NCBI GenBank assembly: GCA_965153455.1
Contig: OZ234493.1
Coordinates: 23,860,213-23,924,212, forward strand
Reading direction: 5' to 3'
DNA: 64,000 bases
From: Sphagnum compactum
Lineage: Eukaryota
The notes under the pieces were generated by a model. The model saw only the letters and a program-made list of their open reading frames with translations. It searched no databases and was not told the DNA's origin. Every line of letters begins with the position of its first letter. The first letter of the stretch is position 1. This document shows positions 27,101 through 37,699 of this stretch, piece by piece. The position numbers and the translations under genes were made by a program.

Positions 27101-27919
27101 TCAGCTTTCCACCCTGAGACAGATGGACAAACCGAACGGACAAACCAGACACTCGAGCAATACCTTCGCTGCACTGTGAACTACCAACAAGACGACTGGC
27201 TGGACCTACTATCTCAAGCAGAGTTTGTTTATAATAACACAACACATGCATCGACCGGGGTCAGTCCATTCTTTGCCAATTACGATTTTCATCCCAGGTT
27301 CAGCCTTGAAATTCCTAGAGACTCTGTAAACCCCTCGGCTGAAGAAAGGGCCACGAGGCTTGGACAGGTTCAACAGAACCTTATGGCAGAACTCAAGCTA
27401 ACACAGGAGTGGCAAAAGAAGCAAGCAGACCGCCGACGCAAGGACCATCCAAACTTCAAGGTTGGAGACAAGGTCTGGCTTCTCAGAAAGAACATTGCTA
27501 CCACTCGCCCATGTGCCAAGTTGGATTACAAGCGCCTTGGACCTTTCAAAATCGCCAAATTGGTTGGTCTAGTGGCTTGCCAGTTGGAGCTTCCACCCCA
27601 GTTCAAAATCCACAATGTTTTCCATGTCTCCCTGCTTGAGCCCTATCATGAAAACCCGATCCCAGAACGTCATCAAGAACCCTCAGCTCCAGTCGAAATT
27701 GAAGGCCAGAAAGAGTTTGAAGTTCAGGAGGTCTTGGACTCCAAGAAGATTCGTGGAAAGCTCCTGTACCTTGTCTTTTGGCGAGGTTATCCTCCTTCTG
27801 AAGCTACTTGGGAGCCTGCTGGAAACCTAGTTCATGCCCAAGACTTAGTTAATCGGTTTCACTAACGATATCCTAACAAACCGGCTCCATCTAGAAGATG
27901 TCGCTTGAGGAGAGGATAA
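24162..27919 (+). pseudogene. pol: pol (aspartic protease, RT, RNase H, integrase, chromodomain) in the -1 frame relative to gag
   Basis: ALVDSGATSSFID (PR); [35 protein letters not shown] (RT); ETDASDFALG, TDHKNL (RH); HD...GH...CDTC, MDFI, SDRGP, TDGQTE (IN); FEVQEVLD....LYLVFWRGY....TWEP (chromodomain). Stops at 24891, 24996, 25884, 27038 and 27863; 1-nt frameshift near 26831. Confidence 0.95.
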
Positions 27920-28149
27920 TGTCATGGCCTAGGATATTTTGCGATACTTTTGGCAATGTCATGTCCTAGGATATTTTGGGATATTTTTGGCAATATCATG
28001 GCCTAGGATATTTTTGGACTAATATGGCTCAGGGTTATAAAAGGAGATAGTCTGGGGAACAACCCTTTAGCAGATCAACACCAGTTGATGGGTCAATAAA
28101 TCTTGTCTTGTCTTGTAATTCTCCACTTGTTTGTAGTCGGTCCATAACA
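27920..28149 (+). repeat. 3' LTR
   Basis: Follows the PPT, is a direct repeat of the 5' LTR and is followed by TSD CATTG. Confidence 0.97.
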
Positions 28150-29363
28150 CATTGGGTGACAATGTACATGGATGTTCATATCCTATTCCATCCATTTCAT
28201 TATTGTTTGGGGCATCCATCTCCAAAATATTATTAATGTTTGCAAATCATTTCCATTCATTATAAGTGTCACTTTGTTTCCCTGTACACTTATTTATATA
28301 TGACCATTGTAATTTTAGGGAGTTGTTTCATATCTTTCCACCATTGCATAGAATAGAATGTTTTTAGGAATGTTGTAGAAACTTGTAGGTTTGCTCTAAT
28401 GTTCAATATCTCATGTTATTCTTGTTATTTTCTATTGTTATTTCAACATAGGAATGTTTGGCCAGATGCCCAAATTATATTGTGCTTGTGGCATGTCCAG
28501 AAAGCTTGGGCTAAAAATATTGTCAAGAAGATTGTAAATCCACAAGAAAGACCCAACGTCCTATCAATGCTTGGGAGGATTATCTATTCTTGAAGATGTC
28601 CCATTGATGCTGACCCTATTTTTTGGGTAGAACAAGAAATTGAAATGCTCGCAACAAATTTTCCCAATGTAAGACTTTTCATTCAATACCTTAAAGAACA
28701 TTGGTTGCAAAAGGTAAGAATGTGGTGTGTTGGAAACCATAATATACCACTGCAGGGTAAGGACACAAATTTTGCGGTGGAATCATTCCATAGCAACCTT
28801 AAGCAAATTTTGTGTTCTTCACGAAAAAAAGTTATAGAGTGTCGAATGGATTAGCTCATTTACCACCTAGTTGGTGATGTCCTTACTCACTATTGGTATG
28901 GTGTGCAATGCAAGATCTTTGGTTACATCATGAACAAAAAAAGTGAAGGAATTGTCGTTAGTGTTATGCTTCGAGCCCGTGACATCTTATCCACCAATGT
29001 TTTGTTATACCCAAATGGGGATGACATTGCTTTCGTGGCGTCTTGTAATCCACCCAAGGTCTGGACCATGCATGCCCTGGGTTCTGAATGGCTTTGATGC
29101 GACTGGCCTCTTGCAGCACAAAGGATTATTTGCAAGTTGTTATAAAAATTTACAAGATGCTCTATCCAACCATTCTTAATGGTGCGATTGTTTGAGAAAC
29201 AAGTATTTTTCATGGGGTGCAAATGGGATCCCTAGTAATAGACTTGCCAACTCTTGAAGACTTGTTTCTTAAAGAGGAACACAACCTTCCACAAATCGAG
29301 GACTTTCCCACCTCTCAAGATATAGAACATCATGATCTCTTGCAAACAAGCAACATCAGCAAC

Positions 29364-29517
29364 CACTACTACAAAATGTGGGTGCAATTCACTAGTCCCC
29401 GTTCACTAGACCAATGAATTCACTGCTTCTTCACTAGTCCCTGTTCATTATAACTAGTGAATTCATTCAAAATCCAGTGAAATCACTTGGCGTACGGGGA
29501 CACCTTTTGTTGTAGTG
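29364..29517. mobile_element. 154-bp non-autonomous CACTA (En/Spm) element
   Basis: Termini CACTACTACAAAA and TTTTGTTGTAGTG (12/13 inverted match); 3-bp TSD AAC (29361-29363, 29518-29520); internal TTCACTAG/CTAGTGAA subterminal repeats. Confidence 0.9.
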
Positions 29518-30472
29518 AACCTGATTGAACTAATGTGGCTTGAAGTATTAAACACAACAATGGAAATTCCAACCTTGCAACGACATTTGTTCTTGTCATT
29601 GAAAGTTATTAAAGGCAAACAATAGGACATGCTTACATGCGGATTGGCTAGGTTGGAGCATTCGAACGACTAGCATTTGTTCCCAATGAATCCTAGTGAT
29701 AATAGTTTGAAAATGCACAAAGGTGTGCTTGAACCTAAAGGTGCTAATTTTCACAATTTAAAAGACAAAACAACCATGTTTATTTGCATTTAATTGGATG
29801 TTCACGCTTGTAGAAATCTACTTTGTTAGTAGCAAATCTCAATTGTTTAGGCCTTACCATGCATCTATTGGTGACAAATGTGCATTTCCTAGTAATTGGC
29901 TATACACAAGCCTCCAATAAAGAATCTATGCCTTTTAAGGTTCTCAGCATATACTCCCATCAATAGCCTAACATTATTTTGAGCTCGCAACTATGGATCT
30001 TACTTTGTCAATTTAAAGCACACAAACCACCATATTACAATGATGTTCTCTAGTCCATGCTAGTTTTATTACTTTGATTGTCTCTATAGTGGTTGCCTGC
30101 TTAAGAAAGTTCATTGATACCAAATTTATCTACATACTTATTGCTAGAACAATTAGTTGGTTAGCATATGTGCATCATGTTTTTAGAGAATGCAATACCC
30201 AATCACCTAATCCACAATTCAAGTCAAGGGCAAACATGTGTATTTTCATGTCTATGAAGCACATATGCAAAATGTTCTAAAATCAAAAAAGGAATGAAAG
30301 GTATAAAATTCAAGGAAAATATGAGAACATTGCATAAATTACAAATGTTTATGTACATATGTTTGTTACATAAAGTCCGGTCTACAAAAACATAGTGAAA
30401 AGCCATATAGCCAATGGTCAACAAACTACAACAAATGCCAGAGGCACTTATAAACAGGAACACACATGTAGA

Positions 30473-33400
30473 CTAAGAAACGTTGGAGGACTTTGAAACA
30501 TAATGGACGTGCTTTCGAGTTCTACCACTTCTTCGAGTTGTAACACCACTCCCAGATGCTACAGAGGTCAATTCAATGCCCTCATGTTGTTCTTCCAAAT
30601 CAACAACCCACTTTGTAGATTTGTCTTCAGAACCTTTTATAATTTGCACTGGTACTTCCACTAGTGTGGCTCGAATTGCCAATGCATCACACCTTGAAAA
30701 CCATGTGGGGGTCATCTATAAGAAAACATGTATAACGACATAAATTTGTGTTTAATACATTTGGAAAAAAACTTGCGCATGGAGAGAACGTAGTTTTGCA
30801 CTTAAAGGCTTAAACGCACATACTTCAATGGACGATTCCAGGTCTTTTACAATGTAGTCACAAAAGTTTTATATGAATTTCATAACATAAAAGTAGAAAT
30901 CCCCAATCCGATTGTTGTTGTGGACTATCAAACCACACCCAATTGGATTTTGAAAGTGTTTGTTTCCACGCACATGACCCTGAAAAGTTGCCTTCTATAA
31001 TTGCCCATACTTTTGTAAAAAAATAATAAGATGGCATTATGAAATAGGTTTGCATAGGTGAAAGGATCATAATGAAACAAATGTTTTGCACTCAAGATCA
31101 AAAGACTCGAATGATTAACATCTTGGATTGGGATAAATATTGCCTTCATTGTCGCAAGCAACTAAATTTTTTTGTGGAGGAATTGAATGACACTATGCTC
31201 AAACTCCCCTTTTTTTTTTCTCCAGTTCTTAACAATCTTCCACGTAAGGGGATGTGTGATGTATAAATCACAAAATGAAGATGTTTGTGCATAAACCACA
31301 ACTTGAAAAAATCCATAGCGTAAGTGGAAAGGTGACCTTCATTACAGTCGAAGAGGGTAACATCTGCATCAATTCTTAATCACCTAAAATTACAAAAGAA
31401 ATTGCAGAATCTATCATCCCACCTCTGGAGTCAATGAATTTTTTCACCATTATCATCAACTTGTTTCACAATTATAGTTTCAGCTACAAGTGTCAGTGAT
31501 GGCTTTGCTTGAAGATTGAGAAACAAAATCCAATATTGTAGCATGTTGATAGTTGGCATATACAACTTAAGGTCTATGCTTGGAGGTCAAAAATATCATC
31601 AATGACAAAATATGCCATTCCAAAAATACAAGAAAACAATGCTTAAAACAATTGCATTGCAAACTTAAAATTTTGATAAATAACCCCATTATACAACTTG
31701 TACATGAATTGTTTGCTAGTTGGGCTTGTCTATGTGGGAAAAGGTATACAATCTTACAAGACTCGATACATGGATTGAAGCAAGTAAACCCTAAGTCCTT
31801 AACACATAATTGTTACTTACTTTTGCTTTGTAAGAATGGTTGCAACTATAATGTCCAATTGTTCAATTGTTGTGTCTTCCTCATGCTTTGCAACAACCTA
31901 TAGGGTCACTGTATTTAACTACAACTTGCATGTCTAAGGTTGGCTGCAATTGCAGTGTTTTTGCTTCCACACCTCATAGTTCAAATTGGGTATTGCTCTT
32001 AGAGGGTTATGAAAGCAATCCCTATGAGGTCGGAATCCTAAGGACAGTGAAGGTGTCTGTTTGAATCCAGTGTAGGTCACTGACATTATTGTTGACTGCA
32101 ACGAAATGGCCAGGCTTAGATTGTTGACATAGGATTATAGATCAAGTTCAAACTCCTCCTTCATGCCTTGCCTATGATTTTTAGTGTTGATAATCTTACC
32201 AAACAACCCAAATGGCATATGTTCACAGGTTGTTTTTTGCAGCACCTAAGAGGAAACATTTGGGAGAATGGAATCTTCAACTTGTAAGGGCACAAAATCA
32301 AGCGCATTTGATGAACCAACACTTGCAAAACATTGTAGAACCATGATTGATCTCTTTAGGAATCTAAATTTAATGGTTCAATTGGGTTAGTATTCACCAT
32401 GGACTGAAAGAACATTAAAAACAACAAACTTGGAAAACATAGTCCTAGATGGTATTTGTTGTGGTGTTGTCATTTCTTTCTGATGTGTTGTTCTCATTTG
32501 TTGCAACTGCCAACTGGGGTTTGATTCTGCTGAACTTCACATGCAAAGCAAGGACTTGACTATCCATGATTTCAACCAATGCAGTGGTGCATTTAAGATG
32601 TTGGTTTGAAATAGTTCCATTAGCAACAAGGGAAAGCTTCCCAAGGAAGACCTAGCCAATGTTTATTTCTTCCTAAATAAGCAAAGCTTCAAAAACCACA
32701 TGAAGGCACTAAGTTCAAGGGTTAGGTTTCTATAATGCAAAGGAACTTTAAAAGGGATCTTTCTATTACAAAAATGAAAGATTGGCAGTTAAGATGGCAA
32801 CAAATTAAATCAGATACTTGCTCCAAATGATTTCAGTCATCATGGCCATTTGGGAAAACGCACCACATAGCTTTCAATTCCAATGTCATTCCCACTTTTT
32901 GCATGTTTGAGATTGCTCTATGAGCAATTTTTGACATGAACCCAATAACCTTTTCAATAACTGGCTCCTGTTGTTGAAGATCAAATCCAAGAAGGCCCAA
33001 CAAGTCTTGGCAACATTGCTTAACTTCTTCAATGCACTGCTATTGTTTTAGAAACCATAAAAATCCATAATCCAAAATGTCTTAGACTACTATGGTTAGT
33101 TAGACAAAATGGGACTGATCCTAATAGTAATGAAGGATGTTGCGATGAGTCAACCCCATAATAGCATGAGTAAGTGGATGTAGTCTCCCAAAAGTGTTTT
33201 TACAAAATAACTTGAATGCACGAATGATGTGAGGGCATTCCATGTTAAGTGACAATGGATGCAATTCTTTATCCATTTCTAACATGATGGTTTGTAGCTC
33301 CTTTTCAGTGTGCTCCCAATGGCATTGAGGTCCAACTTGTAAAGGAAATCGTTTCAACAAATGGTATACTGGTGACCAACCCCATTTTGCCCTCTCTTTT

Positions 33401-36400
33401 GTGGCCTTGACATGTTTGTCAAATTTGTGCAATTCCTCTTGAACATAGTCTTCCTTCTTTTTTTTCAAAGTTTCTGTAGCTCCTATCTTCTTTTCATCAT
33501 ATTCCTTTTTTAGTTGTAGGGATTGCAGGTATTCCTAGAGGCACTTCATTTGATTAAACCTATTCACTGTGTTTTCTCCACCCCCTCTAGATGTCTATGC
33601 ATTGAGGGATGACAATGTCACTAATGTGGCTTATCCTTTCAATCCCTCCACCAACTTGCATGGAAAAAGAAAAAGGTAAAAAAACATTGTTTAAAAATAA
33701 GAACCAAAGAAATTATTTTTTTGCAAACTTTATAATACTTACAAGTGGATAAAGTTACCATTGGCTAAATGCAGAAACTAGCATGTTACCCATAGCGCTT
33801 CTATTTCCATGTTCATCAAAAGTGCCATAGTCTTTTCAGGCTTTTCCAAGATCTTCCTATCCATCACAATGTCTGTTTCTGATAAAAGAACATAAAGTCC
33901 ATTGATTTCCACTTTTGTTGGGGAAGGAGGCAGTTCACAGGAGCTCTCAACTATGAATTTTTTTGCCATTGCTTTCACCTTTGCTTATACATTAGCTCTT
34001 GTGAAATGCATTGTATTCCTTGGCGGCGTAAACCCAAATGGGAATAATGACAGGAGGGGGGGGTTGTTCTATTTTACTTAATAGACGGTTTATTGGGTTT
34101 TGCATGCTACAATGATTATTTTGTACGTACATTATTTTATGTTCCTTGCTTGTTTGCAATAGACCCTGAAAAGCTCCAAAATACCAATGTTAGAAAAGAA
34201 ACATGCCAATATTTGCCATTGCAAATGTCAACTTGTAGCCAGGAAATAAAATGTAGGAGAGATGAAGAATTGTACATGCTTTCACACTACAACTTGATGA
34301 GAAATCTTCATCGCTACTTAGTTCATATACTTCTCTCTGCTTTGGATGTATGGGTCTTGGAGGTGGCATACTAGATGGCTACTTTTATAATTTTGGTGGT
34401 GCAGCCTTTTTTGTGGTCTGTTCTGCCACATCATCAATTATTCGTTTACTTTGGTTTGGGAGTGTTTTCCCAAACTTCTTCCCTAACTTATTGAGCTCTT
34501 TAAGCTCAATTTTTGTCATTGTTGGATACATTTTGAACAGTTCATCGCCTGTGTAATGAGGGCACAAATTCATCATTATGTGGTAAGACAAAATACTTTT
34601 GTCTTTGAATATATATCCACATAACTTGTATTCAAATGATGGCCTATTACTTATAAGCACATCAATGCATTAAATGTCAAAATATGCTTCCAAGGCCAAT
34701 TACTCATACTCGTTTTCAAGGTACAAGGTGACACAATGATGTTTATTTTGCTGCATTGTGGACTTGTAAGTCTTGCTCTTCCCTTGCGGCTCCAAATATT
34801 TGCGATGGCAAGATCATTGGTTGTCATTTCCCACTACATCAACAACCATGTATTTTGACACAACAACACACATTGTACCTCATGGCAAAACTCAGCAAAA
34901 CAACCATCACATCTATAGTTGCAACATCATGATATTGAAACATGAAGCAATGAGACACAAATCTCATCACATGCACAACACATTTCAATACCCACAAAAC
35001 TACTAAAATGCAATCCCAAACCTCTTGTTTTAATTTCTTAAGATTTACAATTGGGTTGTGTTCTGCATGCACTTATTTGTTTATTCTCGCAAGGATTGGC
35101 TATTCACTAAAAGGATCATGGGCACAACGGACTACTACCACAACAACAACAACTACTACAATTACTAGTTTGGAGGGAAATTGGATAAGTACCTACAACA
35201 TTGTTGCAGTGACATAAGATTCAGCTACAATAACAAGTGCAAAAGATTCAACTATAATAAAAAGTGCAGACAAGGGGGAGGAAAGTATGTACCTTCTAAG
35301 ATTTTAAAGGGATTATGTGGAACCAAGACCTAATGTCAAATAATAACCTTGATGCTCCTTCTACTCAATCTTAATTGATTGAGGGACTGGAAGCAATGGC
35401 AAAACAAATTGAAATGCATAAAAAAAAAAGACTAAACATGTGAAATGCAACCAAGAGATTTTGTTCAAACAAAAATGAAGAAAAAGTCATAAGAAGCTGT
35501 TACCTACATTGAATTCCTCTTGTATTAAAAGCATAACACCAAAATCCTAGATCGTAAACAAAGTTATACTATGTTTAGAATTGAACTTCAACTTGGATTC
35601 TACTTAAATTAACAATATTGTTGACAATATAATTTAACCTAGCATGCTTAGGCATGCTTGAGAAAAGCCCATGAATGGTCTTATTGTTGCAACTATGAAT
35701 TCTGGTAGAAAGTACCATGTACGTTTATGAATAAAAAAAATCTAAACTCACTTGACTTGCAAAAAGAAAATATTGTAATAGATAGTAGCTACTACTCGTG
35801 CTCCGTAACTCAAAACCAAACATCTCACTCATCACATATTCTAGACATGGCAATCAAAAGCTTACAACACAACTTACATAAAAAGGACAACAAAAGCATG
35901 TATTAAACAAGAGAGAAATCAAGCACCCATTGATTCTTGGTTAGTCAATGTTTCCAAATTCTAGATGGATTGTCGGTGAATCAAGGTTTTTAAGTATGCT
36001 ATGTACTTGGATTTTCCCAACAATGAAACAACAACTCCAAGTGACTACATTCTAACACACACAATGAAAGGAAAAACAATAATGAAATGGGAGACTCACC
36101 CTTTCTAGCCATCTTGTTGCTGCTGACTTTACAATATCCATGTATTTTTATTGACCAAGGAGGCAAATCATGTAGGGGTCTTCTTGAGCAATTATCGGCA
36201 AAACCTCTTGTAGCAAATGTTTGCGCTTTCCTTCATTGTTTGTTGCCATCACCATGACTTCAAAGTCGTCAAGCTTTAAGATGTCTTTGGTCCCCAATGT
36301 AACAAATTCAATGGTGTGGGCGTTGTCCACAACTGTGATATTCGACTCAATTTGTGCAAAGTTTGCAGTGATTTCATAAGGCGTAAAGTTGTGTTGTTCA

Positions 36401-36453
36401 ATAAAGCTTATAGCTGCAGATTGCGTGTTCTCTTTGGGAAAAACACCTTCCAT
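30473..36453 (-). pseudogene. Decayed multi-exon accessory gene of the MULE element, with a Ulp1/peptidase C48-like domain near its C-terminus
   Basis: Minus-strand fragments at 36148-36453, 34385-34660, 33778-33978, 33121-33468, 30858-31161 and 30473-30715. IFIPIQDVNHSSLLIL..FHYDP and PQQQSDWGFLLL resemble Ulp1 motifs (IPI..xHW.L...YDS; QQ..DCG). Minus-strand splice signals: GTGAGT near 36099, GTAAGT near 33743, TTTTCTTATAG acceptor near 30716. Confidence 0.6.
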
Positions 36454-36624
36454 GATTGACGAAGCTTAATAATGCAACACAAGTAAATACAACACAAGCT
36501 TGTTACGTGCTCCAGTATTGAATTTGTTAAACTTGTCATTTTATCAATCAATGTAACACTCGTAGTATTGGAAGTACATGACGAAATTGTTGCAACTCAA
36601 CCCTAAACCCTAAACCTTCATATT

Positions 36625-37072
36625 TTGCTTATGACATGCACTGTGTAACTTATCCTTTTGCATTTTAAAAAGGGAAATTTCAAACATGATCTGTGAGTGC
36701 CATTTTTTGTAGAACACGTACCTTTTTTACAAAATGCAGATCATGCTATAGATATCGTCGATGGTGTTGCAGTCGACGATGACTGATGAAACCGATCGAT
36801 GAAGCAAGTTTCGATGACGAACGTGAAATGAATGTTGACGATGGTTTGCATGGGTGGACGGAAGACGAAAACTAGTCGGTCTGTTTCATGACATGGAAAA
36901 GGTGTAGGTTGGGTCACCAAATGACATGGACATTGAAAGCGTGGGGTCGAGTGGCAAGGCATGTTTTGGAGGTGGAAGGCATGAAAGTGTTGTAAGGTGG
37001 TGGGGCAATGACGTTAAAACAACACTGGATATAGTTCGTTAGGGGGTATTTAGCGCCTCGCGGCATGCTGGG
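36625..37072 (-). repeat. Right terminal inverted repeat of the MULE-like element
   Basis: Reverse complement of 19201-19613. The spurious ORFs 19264-19524 and 36741-36962 are just readings of these TIRs. Confidence 0.85.
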
Positions 37073-37699
37073 CAAAAGGAAGAAGGGTGGGGGGGTATGA
37101 AGGAAATGTTAATTTTTTCAAAATACCACCCCACCCTTATCAAAAAAATTATCAAAATAGGAATCCAAAGTTCAAACCCTAAACCTGAAAAGCCTCATAA
37201 GAACTAAGAATTTAGGAAGATTTAAAAAACAAACCTTAATCAACAAACTTTTTAAAGTTCTCCCATTCCCCCAATCACTTTGAAACCCAAGTACTCAAAC
37301 CACAAAGAAAACATGATTAGGTATGAAAAAATATAAGAAGAGGGGAAAAAGGGACTTGGGGGTTTTTTTTTTCTTGGGTCCAAGGAAATGGGTTTGTGTA
37401 TAATGGTTTGGCACATGTTCTTGTTGTTTCTTCGGTGATGTCTTTTTTTTCCCCCTTTTGGGGATTAGTTAAATATAAAAATATTGAGCATGTTTTTATG
37501 ATTCTTTTTAGTGATTGGGAAGAACTTTAAATGAAACACCTTTTGTGGGCATGAGCACAAGCGATAACCTTATTTTCAATTATGGGTGCATCAATAGTTT
37601 TGTTCAATTTTGATTTTGTCCATATGGCACCTCTTCATGTTGGTTGACATGAAGTTTAGCCATGGGGTGTGTTGGGGAATTTGTGTGTGTTTCCAAGGT

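Larger units (their letters stand above)
22153..28149 (+). mobile_element. Full-length Ty3/Gypsy chromovirus LTR retrotransposon (Tcn1/Tf1-sushi-like), inactivated
   Basis: 230-bp LTRs TG...CA at 22153-22382 and 27920-28149; 5-bp TSD CATTG (22148-22152, 28150-28154); PPT GAGGAGAGGATAA at 27907-27919; domain order gag-PR-RT-RH-IN-chromodomain. Confidence 0.97.
20333..29760 (+). pseudogene. Decayed MULE transposase with SWIM finger (At1g60560/At4g13970-like); exons ~20333-20793, 20998-21792, 21920-22110, 28452-~29760
   Basis: Motifs: IQDPP..F...DL.W; HTNKEGVVCHG; FTLGIQTTWQ..M.KFRHG..SF(Y<D)ATFGTN|YPLYT (first catalytic D mutated); IIVDNA (second D); CLWHVQKAW (MULE CxxH); TNFAVESFHSNLK (catalytic E); CDWPLAAQRIICK (SWIM remnant, ~29098-29136). 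GT-AG introns 20794-20997, 21793-21919 and 22111-28451 keep the frame. Many stops and frameshifts; 3' end approximate. Confidence 0.85.
19201..37072. mobile_element. ~18-kb Mutator-like (MULE) DNA transposon with long TIRs and two convergent genes (transposase +, Ulp1-like protease gene -)
   Basis: 19201-19613 is the reverse complement of 36625-37072 over ~410 bp. Examples: GCGAGGC..CCCCCTAACGA vs TCGTTAGGGGG..GCCTCGC; AGATCATGTTTGAAATTTCCCT vs AGGGAAATTTCAAACATGATCT; AGTTACACAGTGCAT vs ATGCACTGTGTAACT. The repeats enclose a MULE transposase and an opposite-strand gene. Outer ends are approximate and no TSD was recognised. Confidence 0.85.
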
